A stretch of DNA of 64,000 bases from Rebecca billardiae RCC1528. Lineage: Eukaryota > Protista > Haptophyta. The notes beneath the pieces were generated by a model. It made no database searches. It had not been told where the DNA came from and saw only the letters and a list, made by a program, of their open reading frames with translations. The stretch covers positions 868,001-932,000 of the forward strand of contig OZ251223.1 of the NCBI GenBank assembly GCA_965240325.2, read 5' to 3'. Shown here in pieces: positions 1 through 13,290 of this stretch. Position numbers and translations under genes: made by a program. The first letter of the stretch is position 1, and each line of letters opens with the position of its first letter.

Positions 1-956
1 TATATATTTATACATCACCATTTCGGCATGGTGTGTATCGGCATTTGCTGCATGCTCGCATATATGCTGCAATACCTGCCCTCGCATGCACATCACGCAG
101 ACTGTGGGTGATGTTCGTCCATACTCAATGGCGTCGCGTCGCTCTTCATGCAGGAGGACACGTGGCGTTATAACGGAGTTATAACCGAGTGTGTCGGGAG
201 GCTGGAAAGGCAACGCGCAGCTGGTGGACAAGGGCCGCCATCGTCTTCTAGGTCCTGCAGGTAGTTGCAGTCGATTTCCGGAGCTCATCGGCCACGGAGC
301 TATCCTTTATCATCATCATGGCGGGCGCTGGTCCTTTCATATCGGCCAACCACACTGGCTCCTCTGTAAGTACCCGCTCCTCTCCACTATCCGGCGCTCG
401 AGATCATATACAAGGTCATCTTAAGTCGGCGTGGCAACTTACCAAAGTTCATATCAAGCAGCCCACCTAGCAGAGCTCGCTCGATCATCGGTTACACGAC
501 CTTTCGGGCCGAGCTGCTCATCTCTCGGCAGCCCCTGCTTCGGCCTGCGCATCTGCAAAGCCCGAGGTCCCGCCATCTCCTCTGCGTTCTTTGCTTGTGC
601 TCGTTGCGAAACCCGCCATCCGCCCCTGCAGCCTCCGTTGTGGTTGACAACCTTGTCGTCAGGCCTGTGAGTGCTGCGCTTGCCTGAGCCAGGGACCTTG
701 CTGCCACACGCTGGCGCAGTCTGCGCGCAGCTTTGGCACCGTCGGCTCAGTCGCTCTTCCCGTTCAGCCAGGGACAAATCCCCACCACGCGCAAGTATAT
801 ATTTATACATCACCATTTCGGCATGGTGTGTATCGGCATTTGCTGCATGCTCGCATATATGCTGCAATACCTGCCCTCGCATGCACATCACGCAGACTGT
901 GGGTGATGTTCGTCCATACTCAATGGCGTCGCGTCGCTCTTCATGCAGGAGGACAC
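1..956. repeat. Direct repeat pair (1-161 = 796-956), first copy truncated by the window edge; possible LTR/TRIM or tandem unit
   Basis: 161 bp identical at a 795-bp offset; both copies end ...GGAGGACA(C). No convincing PBS, PPT or coding sequence between them. Confidence 0.7.
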
Positions 957-971
957 ATATATATATATATT

Positions 972-2088
<1,117 letters not shown>

Positions 2089-2128
2089 ATATATATATAT
2101 ATGATTTAACGTGCACACTTGGTTAATA

Positions 2129-2208
2129 CAGTTATTGGCGGGCGTCCGGATCTCGCCTGCCTGAGCTGTGTGCCTGTGCGTCTCTGGACTCTTATTCTTA
2201 GTAAACGG
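2129..2208 (+). mobile_element. Micro-element family A (62-bp consensus), copy with small insertions
   Basis: TA|CAGTT..GGCGGGCGTC..ATCTCGCCTGCCTGAGCTGTGTGC..TCTTATTCTTAGTAAACGG|TA; matches copies at 44243, 46792, 47092 and 61364. Confidence 0.7.
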
Positions 2209-2344
2209 TACGTACTCAGTAGGCCACCGCGGTCTGACTAGTGTCAGTCAGACAGTCAGTAGACTAGTGAAGCTCCTGGGGTCTCCGGGTGCTAAGCACC
2301 GATGACCGAGTGCGAGCTCAGCCAGTCAGAGTCAGATCGCCGTG

Positions 2345-3268
2345 TCATCTTGCTAGCCCGCCGGCCGCACCCGCGCGGCAGATCTCGATGGGGAACGACT
2401 CTGTGAGGATGTGGCCGTCCACAAAGGAGATCACGAGACGGACCTCGAACTCTAGCCTGAACTGGCGTGTCACCACCGTGGGGCACGTGAACAGCCGGGG
2501 CAGGATCATGTGGATCGGGATCTCCCAGCCGCGGTGCACATCGCCATCAGCAACCTGGATGGACTGAATCTCGGTGGCCTCGCGCGCGTGGCCCTCTACA
2601 GACGAGGTCGTCTCGATGCGCACGAGCTGCGCCTCGATGGACTGCACCGACGCGTCGCTCTCGTCGATCCGCACCTCCCCCTCCACCGGTACCTCCATGG
2701 GGCACACCACGGAGTTGAGCTTGCCGGTGATGCGAAAGCGTGGCACCGGCCCTTTGGCCCTCACGACGCTGTCCACCGACTCGGGCACGATCGAAAAGGA
2801 CGCTGCCTGCGCTGCGCGCATGGGCTTGCCCTCGATGGGGACTGACTCGACGAACACTTCGAGCTCGTGTCGCAGGTTGGCCGCAAGCAGTGGCCGGCGC
2901 AGCTCTGCCGAGAGCATGTAGACAATGTTGATGAAGACACCATGGTACGTCTCGTATAAGGCGGGGCCGGTCGGGAGATCGAGCGAGAACGGCCATTCTG
3001 TACGCCCCTGCGCGAGCTTTCCGGCTGGACACAGCTCGATCGCGTTTGTCAGCAGCTCGATCGGCTTAGCGGCTGCGTTGAACACGTCAAAGAGCCCACT
3101 CGCCTTGGCGGAGAACTGCATCGAGACGTTTCCCTCCAGCTTGAGCTCGACGCCAGCATGTGTCAGTGGCGCTTCCATCGTGGCTAGCTCGAGCGCGACC
3201 ACGCCAGAGACGCTCTCGCCTGCACGGTAGACCTTACTGGAGCGATCGAGGCGCACGGTGACCGACAT
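2345..3268 (-). CDS. VPS26C: VPS26C / DSCR3 (Retriever complex subunit, arrestin fold), intronless
   Basis: Motifs LYETYHGVFINIVY, EATEIQSIQVADGDV and ILPRLFTCPT are characteristic of DSCR3; ATG at 3268. Confidence 0.93.
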   Translation of the reverse strand: MSVTVRLDRSSKVYRAGESVSGVVALELATMEAPLTHAGVELKLEGNVSMQFSAKASGLFDVFNAAAKPIELLTNAIELCPAGKLAQGRTEWPFSLDLPTGPALYETYHGVFINIVYMLSAELRRPLLAANLRHELEVFVESVPIEGKPMRAAQAASFSIVPESVDSVVRAKGPVPRFRITGKLNSVVCPMEVPVEGEVRIDESDASVQSIEAQLVRIETTSSVEGHAREATEIQSIQVADGDVHRGWEIPIHMILPRLFTCPTVVTRQFRLEFEVRLVISFVDGHILTESFPIEICRAGAAGGLAR

Positions 3269-3781
3269 GCTGAAGCGCCCGAATTCCCGAAATTTCGCAG
3301 GCGGCACAAATGTCCCGTGTATTTATTAACCGTTTATTTATTGACGGATTTAAATCGCGCATCAACTTTCTGCCCGCTCGTCCGGACTTTCAACTTGAGA
3401 CGACAAGAACGGGACTAACAGGACTCCGCAGAGGCTTTGGGTGGGCGCCGTCCACACGGCGCAGGTGGCATCGAGCAGCGGCGGCGGACAAAGCACCCCA
3501 CCCAGCAACCAGCACAGCGGCACCCGCCAGCCTTCTCGGTGCGCGCTCGACGCGGCGCGCGCTCCACGCGAGCAGCTCCGCGGGCGAGGGGAGGGGTGGA
3601 CGCGCCGTGCGTCATGCCACACGATGTGTGCTCTGCAGTGCACGCGCTGTCGCCGCTCCGTCCACGCCTCCCTCGACTCGCCACACAGCTTGCGCGCGGC
3701 GCGCGCGATCGATTTGACTTACCATGCGCGATCGCGCGTCGTCATGGACCCCGCACCTCTCCTGCAGCAGACACCACAGAC

Positions 3782-4147
3782 ATGCCGGCGAAGAAGACTC
3801 CGTCTAAGAAGATCGTCAAGAAGTCGGTCAAGAAGTCCGGCGACAAGAAGAAGAAGTCGAAGAAGCGCACCGAGAGCTACTCCTCGTACATCTACAAGGT
3901 GCTCAAGCAGGTGCACCCGGACACGGGCATCTCGTCCAAGGCAATGTCGATCATGAACTCGTTCATCAACGACGCGTTCGAGAGGATTGCGACCGAGGCA
4001 GGCAAGCTCGTGCGCTACAACAAGAAGGGCACGCTCTCGTCGCGCGAGATTCAGACAGCGGTGCGGCTGATCCTGCCTGGTGAGCTCGCCAAGCACGCAG
4101 TCTCGGAGGGCACAAAGGCGGTGACCAAGTACACGTCAAACGCGTAA
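3782..4147 (+). CDS. H2B: Histone H2B
   Basis: [31 protein letters not shown]...[21 protein letters not shown]. Confidence 0.99.
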   Translation: MPAKKTPSKKIVKKSVKKSGDKKKKSKKRTESYSSYIYKVLKQVHPDTGISSKAMSIMNSFINDAFERIATEAGKLVRYNKKGTLSSREIQTAVRLILPGELAKHAVSEGTKAVTKYTSNA

Positions 4148-4439
4148 GCGGGCAGCCGAGCTGTCTTTGTTGTGGCGCGCAGCTTTCGATCGAGATCTAT
4201 CGCCGTGCGTACTCGCACGTTCGATGAGTGCGCTGCCTGAGGACGGGTTGAGGACATGCCGCGCGGCGGCGCTGAGTTCACGGTCGCGGAATCGGCGCTG
4301 CGCCAGGGCAATTGTTCGCTCCATCGCCCTCAGATCAGGCAGCCAACTCGACTTCACTGATGATGTGTGACACGTGATGACTATATTCTGGAATCTTGTT
4401 ACCAGATAACTACTAGATAGCATCGTTCTGACGGACTTA

Positions 4440-6710
4440 CAGGTAGTGCTATGGCCTATTAATATTTCTGGACGGAACTAATCCAAGTAGCTCTCACGTC
4501 CAGCCATGGCGGACTAGCCCGCCCACGATGCCACCACGCGAACCAGCGTGGAGTTAAAGGTAGGCACACGAAGTCTCATCGTCATCGGCCATCGCGTTGG
4601 TGAGCAACGTGCTCGACTTCGTCATAGCCCAGATCTGGGCACATGCCGTTTTCTGGACAAACCGTGGACGTGCGGTCGTGAAGCTGTGCGCGCATGTTGG
4701 GTGGGCCAGGAATGCTTGAGACCGGACAGGAAGGGCCGCAGTAGCTCGCTGGACTTACTTGACGACCTAGTCCAGGCATATACCACGCGTTCTCTGCTCC
4801 ACTAGTCCATTCACCTGCGTTCGGTGCCTGGCACATGCTACGCGTTCTCACAAAGCACCCGCGTTGTCATGCAGCTATCTGATAGCTCAGCTCTGCACGC
4901 GATCAGTCTCATCAGCCGACCATGTGCTAGATCACCAGTTCTGTGAGCCCACGCCCTCCTGCGACAGCGTCGCCACCCACTCCGGGGTAACCGTGATGCG
5001 CTGCTGCGCGCGGCCTGAAGCGGCGCGCCGTCGGCGTCGGCATGCTGACGCCCCTGTGTCCGGATGCCGCTCGGCGCGGAGCACCGGCCGTGACACACGA
5101 GACAGACGAGTACCCGTCTACCCGAGCAGTCTCGTCCCGGCCGATCATCTATCAAAGACTAGGCTTGTCATCACTCCGCTGCGGCGAGTCGTTAACGACA
5201 GCTACCCCCGTGATACAAACCTACTGCTAGGGTCTAAGCGTCATCCATCGTGATCGTCGTGTCGATGTCGATGACAGCCTCCGAAGGCGCACCCACGAGA
5301 TGCGGCTGGCACTTCTGCTTCTTGCATGCCGTCTTCTGCACGCGCCTGCAATGCGGACAGAAGTGATGCGTCCGGCACGTGCACGTCGCGGCCGAATCTG
5401 CGCCGCACGCGCATGGCTCAGCCGAGTTGGCGCGCGCCCTCTCGCAGGCCTTGAAGGCGCGCTCGAGCGCATCGCGCTGGTCGACGTTCGCAGCTGCCGC
5501 GGCCTCGGTCTCGGCGCGCCGTGCCGCCTTCGCAGCGCGCTTTGCCTCGGCATCGGCGGCCGCCGTCACAGCCGCCTGATCGGCTGCCTCCTGGCCCTCG
5601 AGGAAGCAGACCAGCTCGGCCGAACCGAACTTCTCCTTGTTTGCGCGCTTCCGGCCGCCCTCGACCTTCTTGCCCACGACGTCGAACGGCAGCAGCGCCT
5701 CCGCCTCCTCGGCGTTGGGCATCTTGACCGTCGTCTCGTGCCACTTGATCTGAGCACGGAGGCTCTCGATCACCGTCTGCTGCTCGGAGAGACGGTGATG
5801 CAGGTCGAGCGTCGAGCCGGCACGGTGGGTGGAGGACACGGGCGTGTACTCGGCCGGGATGCCACCGGCGCCGTAGTCGATCGCGCGGCGCACCGCACCG
5901 CGGTGGCCGGCGCCCTCCGCGGCCGCGGGAGCAGCCTCGAACACGCGCTCGGGGTTGAGTAGCAGATCGGCGACCGCGAACTTGTCTTGCTGCATCAAGC
6001 CGATGTCGACGCCGCTCGCGGTGATGCCGCAGCGCTTGAAGGCGCCGATGACGCTCTCTTTCTTACAGAAGCCCTCCCACGAGTGCCCAGGAGAAGGTGG
6101 AAGTCGCGCTTCGAGAGAGACTTCTTCGCGCCCTCGCCCGCGCCGCGTCGCCGCCCCTCCTCGGCCGAGTCGTCGCCCCCGTCGCCGTCGTCGTCGCTGC
6201 CGCCCTCATCATCGTCGTCATCGCCGTCGCCGTCGACTGCATCCTCGAGGTTGATCTCATCGTCGCCGAGATCGGCGCGCACCTCGCGCATGCGCTGCGC
6301 GAGCAGCTTCGACTGCTGGTAGCGCGCCCACTTCTTGGTACTCACCGAGCAGTAGTAGTGCAGCACCTGGTTGATCTGGTCGAGCGGCTGCGTCAGCCCC
6401 GTCGTGTCCGGCGGGCTGAGGTAGACGTGATGAAGGCGGGCCACCGATCCGAGCTGATCGCGCGGTCGACCGCGCCCTTCGCACGCCCCGCGTCTGCCTC
6501 ATCGCGGCACCACTTCAGCGCCGTGCGCAGCTGCCGCTGCTTCTCGTCGTGGTTGGACTTGTTCATGGCGTACTCCGCCTGGTTCCGGGGGTTGGCGATG
6601 CGCGCTGCTGGCGTCTTGCGCCGCTTGGCGGGCGACTCGTCGGTGCGCTTCACCATGGCCACGCGCTTGTCCAGAAAACGGCATCGTCCAGAAATAGGCC
6701 ATAGCACCTG
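4440..6710 (-). mobile_element. Internally deleted pogo-like (Tc1/mariner superfamily) DNA transposon
   Basis: TA on both flanks; TIRs CAGGT(A)GTGCTATGGCCTATT(AATAT)TTCTGGACG; subterminal repeat ATGCCGTTTTCTGGACAA near both ends; transposase remnants inside. Confidence 0.85.
5234..6656 (-). pseudogene. Broken DDE_1 (pogo/CENP-B-like) transposase
   Basis: N-terminus MVKRTDES... is joined out of frame to LSPPDTTGLTQPLDQ (pogo PPNTTxxxQPLD motif). A further frameshift lies before ESVIGAFKRCGI. The C-terminus is Cys-rich. Confidence 0.8.
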
Positions 6711-7163
6711 TACGACGAGTTACATTAAATTTTTAATAAAGGGCACCGCGACCGCCCATCCGCCGTCCCGGCGTCAGTCCCGCGTCCGCCCGTGGCGCGC
6801 CGGGCCCGAGGCGCCCCGACTCCCGAGTGTTGCCGAGCCGGCGGTCAGACTCTCAGTATATCTACTACTATACGGTATATATATACTATATACTGACTAT
6901 GCTAGTAGTCAGTCGTACTCCGAGTGTGACCGCCGGACGGTTACTTGGCATCGCGGGGCCGCCCGGGCGGACGCCGAGCCCGTCCGGGGCCCGCGTCGCC
7001 GTCAGCGTGTCAGTCAGTGACCCCGTCCCCTGACCCCGGTACTACCGCGACGGCGATACGTCCGCGGCCTCCGGGTCCGCAGGACCGCCACCGGGAGCGG
7101 GTACGCCGGCGCGGCCTGAGCCGGCCGACCGAGCCCGACTGGCGGACGAGCTATGGCCTGTGG

Positions 7164-9208
7164 CTATGCTGCGCTGCCATCGGGCTGCGGGGCCGCCTGC
7201 TCGTCGTCATCGTCGTCAAAGTTGGCCTCGATGGTGATCTCGAGCACGCTCGGCTCTTCTTCGAAGGCCTGGTCGGATGGCGCCGTCGTCGAGCCGCCCC
7301 AGAACGAGGTGGCCTTGGCCGCGGGCGGCGGCGGCGGGCGCTTCGCTGGCGTGTCGATGGTAACGGCCGCGCTCGTCATATCCCCCAGCTCGATGAGCTT
7401 GCTCGCGAGTGGGTTGATGACGTGCTGCTGAATCGCACGCCGCACGGGCCGCGCGCCGTACACGGGGTTGTACCCTGGCGCCGACGCGGAGCCATGCGGT
7501 GCACGCGGCGCGCGGCGGGCGTCGCGGCGGGCGCAAGAAGGCGTGTGCGCTCGTGAGGGCCTCGCGCGCGCGCGCGCACGCAGCGCGGCTGATGCGCGCG
7601 GGGCGCTCGCCAGGCGCGTGGGGCCCGCTCTGCCGCGCACCGACATCTGCGAGCCACGCCGTGGCGGCATCAGTCAGCTCCAGGGTGATGCGGCGGCCCT
7701 GCAGCCGCGCGGCGGCCTTGCTGATCTCAAGGCGCGTGATCTCGGCGATCTGCTCGCGCGAGAGCCGGTTGAAGAGCACGATCTCGTCCAGCCGGTTGAT
7801 GAACTCGGGCGCGAGGTGCGCGCGCACCTCCTCCATCACCGCGCCGCGCGCCGACTCGGCGGGCTGTCCCTCTGGCAGCTTGGCGAGCGCGTCGGCGCCC
7901 AGGTTGGAGGTCATCACGATCAGCGTGTTCGCGAAGGAGACGCGCTTGCCCGCCGAGTCGGTGAGCTGGCCGTCGTCGAGCACCTGCAGCAGCAGCGTGC
8001 CCACGTCCCTGTGCGCCTTCTCGAACTCGTCAAACAGCAGCACGCAGTACGGCCGGCGGCGCACCGCCTCGGTGAGGATGCCGCCCTCGTCGTATCCGAC
8101 GTACCCGGGCGGCGCGCCGACCAGCCGCGAGACGGAGTGGCGCTCGGAGTACTCGGACATGTCGATGCGCGTCATCGCGCTCTCCGCGTCGAAGAGCTGC
8201 TGCGCCAGCGCCTTGCACAGCTCCGTCTTGCCCACGCCCGTCGGCCCGACAAAGAGGAACGCGCCGAGCGGCCGGTTGGCGTCGTGCAGCCCGGCGCGCG
8301 CGACGCGCACGGCGTCGGACACGCACGTGACGGCGCGCGGCTGGCCCACCACGCGCTTGGTGAGCGTGGCCTCGAGGCTGACGAGCTTGTCGCGCTCGCC
8401 GCGCACGATGCGGTCGACGGGCACGCCCGTCGATCGCGCCACCACCTCCGCCACCGTGTCCGCCGTCACCTCGTCCGAGAGCAGCCGGCCGCGCGCGCCG
8501 CTCGCCACCTGCGTCTCGAGGGCGGCCGAGCGCGCCTCCAGCTCGGGGATCACGGCGTGGCGCAGCTCGCCGGCGGCCATCAGGTCGCCGTCGCGCTGCG
8601 CGCGCTCGAGCCGGCGCCGCGCGTCCTCGAGCTCGAGCTGCGCCTCCTTCTGCGCCTCCACCGCCGCGCGCTCCTTGGACCAGCGCCGGTTGAGCTCGTC
8701 GGCGCGCGCCTGCCGCTCGCGCAGCTCGGCCTCGAGCACCGCGCGCCGCTCGGCCGACGGCGCGTCGGACTCGCGGCGGAGGGCCTCGAGCTCGATCTGC
8801 GCGACGAGTATCTGCCGGTCGAGGTCGAACAGCTCCTCCGGCTTCGACTCGCGCTGCAGCCGCAGCCGGCTCGCTGCCTCGTCGATCAGATCGATCGCGG
8901 AGTCCGGCAGCTTGCGCTCCGTCAGGTAGCGCTTCGCGAGCGTCGCCGCGGCCACGAGTGCGCCATCCTTGATGCGCAGGCCGTGGTGCGCCTGGTACTT
9001 GGGCTTGAGGCCCCGCAGGATGGTGACTGCCGCCTCGACGGACGGCTCCTCGATCACCACCGGCTGAAACCGCCGCGCCAGCGCCGCGTCGCGCTCGATC
9101 TGCCGGTACTCCGCGATGGTCGTCGCGCCCACGCACGAGAGCTCGCCGCGCGCGAGCGGCGGCTTCAGCAGGTTGGACGCGTCGACCGCGCCCTCGGCGG
9201 CGCCCGCG

Positions 9209-9248
<40 letters not shown>

Positions 9249-9880
9249 CCCCCTCCGACTCCATCACGTGCTTCAGCACCCCCTTCAGCCGCTCCTCGAA
9301 CTCGCCGCGAAACTTGGCGCCCGCAACGAGCGATCCGATGTCGAGCGTGAGCACGCGCTTGCCGCGCATCGAGTCGGGCACCTCGTTGTTCACGATGCGC
9401 TGGGCGAGGCCCTCGACGACGGCGGTCTTACCCACGCCCGGCTCGCCGATAAGCACCGGGTTGTTCTTCGACCGCCGGCTGAGCACCTGCAGCGTGCGTC
9501 GGATCTCCTCGTCGCGTCCGATCACCGGGTCTGTGCGCAAGCGCGCGCAGGACGGCGGACGCGAGCGGGCCGCGCCCGGCGGCGGTGGAGAGGACGCGTC
9601 TTAGAGTGCTCGGCGTGTCCCAGGGCACCGCGCCGCACGTGGCTCGCAGCGCGAGTGCACGCGCCGGCAACGCGCGCGCACCGAGCTTCCCTTCGCGCGC
9701 CGCGGCTGTCAAGTCGATGCCAAACTTGTCGAGCGCGCCAGGCTTGGGCTTGGCTGGGCGCGTGGGCGGCACGGACGGTGGAGCGGCCGCGCGTGTGGAC
9801 AGCTGCGCCCGGGCAACAGTCCTCACTACCGCTGGTGGGCGGGCACGGAGGAGCGCGCCGCGACACGTCCTCGCAATCAT
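7164..9880 (-). CDS. clpB: ClpB/Hsp78-type AAA+ disaggregase, probably mitochondrial; exons 9880-9682, 9530-7641, 7474-7164
   Basis: [12 protein letters not shown], Walker A motifs GEPGVGKT and GPTGVGKT, coiled-coil middle domain, [30 protein letters not shown]. Arg-rich presequence, no N-domain. GT-AG introns restore the frame. Confidence 0.95.
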
Positions 9881-10230
9881 GCCCAGCGACGGCTGGCGCC
9901 TGGCGGATGCACAGCAGCGGTCTAGCGTAGTCCGGCTTCTCACGGCGCAAAGTCCGGTGCATCGAGGACGGGTAGTCGGGTATCCGGGGACGTTTCGGCT
10001 CTTTGCCGACAGCGCCGTCTCGCGGGTGAAGTACAGCGCGGGTAAACATTGTGTCGAATACTGTATATCATTCTGTCGTGTGAATAGAGAAGCGCGGCCG
10101 CGAATAGTCACATCTACAAAGTCAAGCGAGCCCCGCGCCGCCGCCGGGGCTGCTCACAAGTGCCGTGCTTGCTTGCTATTGTGCCGCTTGCGGGCGGTCG
10201 CAGGCCACAAGTCTTGGCAGCCTGCGCGTG

Positions 10231-12180
10231 ATGCGGCGACCCACCGGGGGCGTGCTCGTGCTGTGCGTGCAGCTGGCGTCATGCTGGGTCACCCTCCCCA
10301 CCGACTTCACCGAGCGCAAGGTCGCATGGCCCACGCCAGAGAACATGCTGGTGCGCGCACGGCTGCGGACAGCAGCCATTGCTTGCGCGCCTTCTCGGCT
10401 CGCGCGGAGCGCCGCGCGGAGCAGGCGTCCGCGCTGGCATCGCGTGCGCCCGAGCAATGCGCTCGTCGCGCCGGCTTCTACGCGCGCCTCTGGTCCGGGC
10501 CCCCGCTCCTGCACCTCACGCGTCGTGTGGACGCGTCGATCCATCCGCGGCTCCTGCTGCTGCCACCCCGCGCCCCCGCGCAGAGTGACAATGGACTCGG
10601 CGGTGGTCTCGCGTACGCAGTCGACCCGAACTTCTGTGATAATATCCTCCCGATGTTCAAGGAGGATGACGGCGGCGAGATCCCCATCATGCGATTCGTC
10701 ACCTGCGAGGTGCGCGCCCGCGCGGTCAGATCGCTGGCAGCGCCCCGGCTGATCCATCCGCGCGGTGTGAGCGCGGCTTGCTGACCCGGCGCGCCCGGCG
10801 CGCGGCCGCGACGACGCGCAGGAGATCAATGACTCGATCGCGCGCGCGATGACCACGTGGTCCCTCAACCACCCGTACCTCGACTTCTACAACGTGACGG
10901 ACGAGTGCAACGCGGAGGACAACGGCCTCAACTGCTCGCTCGCCGAGCTCTACATCCAGGCGCAGCAGCCGACAGCCGACAGCACCGACGTGGCGGCCTT
11001 CGTGCTGCACAACCCGACCGACGCGGGGCGGTACTACGGCGATAAGACGTGGCAGACGGGCGTGCGCATGCCGTCGGGCGAGACGGTCGAGGACGACTGG
11101 GTGATCCAGTTCACCACGATGACCTTCCACAACCACATCTGCTGGTACCTCGACGAGACGTTCTGCGCCAAGTTCCGGATCCTGAACGAGAACCTCGACG
11201 CGACGCTCCTCATGCAGTTCATCATCTGGGGCGTCTGGGCCCTCTCCTTCCTCATCCTCTTCCTGCGCATCGCGCAGATCTTCTTCTTTGTCTTCCGGTT
11301 TGGCGCCAAGACGGGCTTCAAGCGCGCGGTCCAGTCACAGGCGAAGGACATGCTGTATACCTACGTGCTGCTCTTCTGCCTGATCTCGCCGCCCATCATC
11401 TGGTTCAAGATCTTCATCCCGTGCCTCACCTGCTACGACTTTGAGGCCACCGCCGCGCACGAGATCGGCCACGTGCTCGGCTTCACGCACCCGGACTCGT
11501 TCCCCAAGGTGCACCGCGTGGAGAAGAAGAACTTCGAGGAGTCCATCTGCGAATCGAGGTACCTCGACCCGGACTTCTCGGACTCGCAGGTGACGCTCTC
11601 GCCCAGCGACCCCGACATCAACGACTCGATCATGTTCCACCTCACCACGAAGAAGTCCAAGTGCGTCACGCAGCTCCAGCGCGCGCGCCCCTCCGGCCGC
11701 AGGGGCACCGGCCGCGCCCCCGCGCTCACCACACGCGCGCTGCCCCCTCTCGGGCGTCCCACGCGCAGGTCGTGCCTCACGCACAACGACCTGCAGGGCC
11801 TGCTCTTCCAATACCCCGTGTGCAACAGCGACCTCATCCGCACGGGCGAGGTCTCCATCTGCGTCAAGCAGCGGCGCAACATCGGCTGGGTACGATTCCT
11901 CACCGCGACCGTGCCGCCGTTCGTCTTTGCGTCCCTCGGCGTCTTCATCCTCGTGCAGATCGCGCTCTACTACGAGAATAAGGAGCAGACGAAGAACCGC
12001 TGGAAGCTCGCCGGCATGGCGGCCGTGCAGGAGGGCCGCAAGCGCAAGGAGGAGGGCGAGCGCAAAACGTCCATCTTCTCGGGCAGGCGGCTGTCGCAGT
12101 TCGGCACGATGGGAGGGACGAAGCGGGAGGGCTCGGTGTTTGGTCTCGGCGTCGCGCGAAAGGCCTCCGGCGCAAAGTGA
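10231..12180 (+). CDS. Membrane-bound matrixin-like (M10 metzincin) peptidase; exons 10231-10350, 10584-10709, 10822-11660, 11769-12180
   Basis: Signal peptide; HEIGHVLGFTH zinc motif; Met-turn DSIMF; DLQGLLFQYP; three hydrophobic segments; introns GTGCG...GCAG. Confidence 0.75.
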
Positions 12181-12761
12181 GGTGGTGGCACACAGTGGAG
12201 CGCGCACCCGCGCATCGCACCACTTCCCCGGCCGCGCGAGCGTAGGCTGCGGAGGACGGAGGTGCCGGCGGCGAGCATGCGTTGCGTCACACGTCTTATG
12301 TCCGACGACTTGAGTGTCACTTCTCGGGGGGCACCTCCGACGATTCATTCAGTGCCTCGCCGCCAGCCCGCCGGCGCCAGGCACCGCTGATACAATAGAC
12401 AGGTACAACTGATGACGACACCGCCGCAGGTGCTATCACTAAATTCGGTAGTCATTGGCCATCAAAATAATTATTACTATAGATTATAATAATTGAATTA
12501 TAGCTAAAGCTATACTAGTCAGTTCGGATGTATTAAATAATATATATATATGACCGCGTTCCGCGGTCCTTTTCCGTAGAACGAACGTAGTTCGGGGCCC
12601 GCGGTGGCGGTGCACCCTCCGTCGCAGTCGTCCCGTACACGTGTAACTAGACTCCATCCAGCGGCGCGCCGCCCCAGCGCCGCGCCGCCGCCGGCGTGCG
12701 CCGAGTGTGGATGTCGGTCGTCGGCCGAGCTGCCCTCATCACAGACGGCCCTTACCTGACC

Positions 12762-13290
12762 CCCTGCGCGTGCGCGACGGCCGACAGGCGGATGCGACTC
12801 GGCGTGATCGACGCACGAGCGCGACTCTTGCACGCCAGGCCACCGGCGGAGCTGACTGACAGCCAGGGAGCCGGACGGCGCGGGACCGCGCGGATTCGAC
12901 CGTTCGTTCGGGCCTGCCGCTGACCGTCGTCGCCGCGACGCCAGCAGCGCAGGAGTAGATGATCTGCAGGTCAGTAGGGTTCGACCTGCGCGCCTGCGCG
13001 ACGGCCGACAGGCGGGCGCGAGGCGTGAGCGACGCATGAGCGCGACTCTACGTGCACACCAGGCACCACGCGGCCGAGCTGACTGACCGCGAGCCAGGGA
13101 GCACGGTGCGAGCAGCCATGCAGCACCGGTGCTTGCGCGCGCCGCGCGTGCACGGGGTGACACACCTCGGTCAGGCTCGGCACGCGTCGCAGAGGCACGG
13201 CCAGCTCTGGGCACGCCAGGCGCCCAGGCCACGCGGAGGCTGACAGCCACGGGGAGCCGACGGCGCGCGGGGCCGCGGCCAGTTCCGAGT
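12762..13290. repeat. Degenerate tandem repeat, about three units of ~220 bp
   Basis: Blocks such as GCGCGACGGCCGACAGGCGG, CACGCCAGG and GCTGAC(TGAC)AGCCA.GGGAGCC recur near 12770, 12995 and 13210. Confidence 0.55.

Noticed and set aside
161-190. PBS after the direct repeat (TGGCGTTATAAC..)
   Set aside because: It does not match a recognisable tRNA 3' end and no PPT precedes the second copy, so LTR status is left open.
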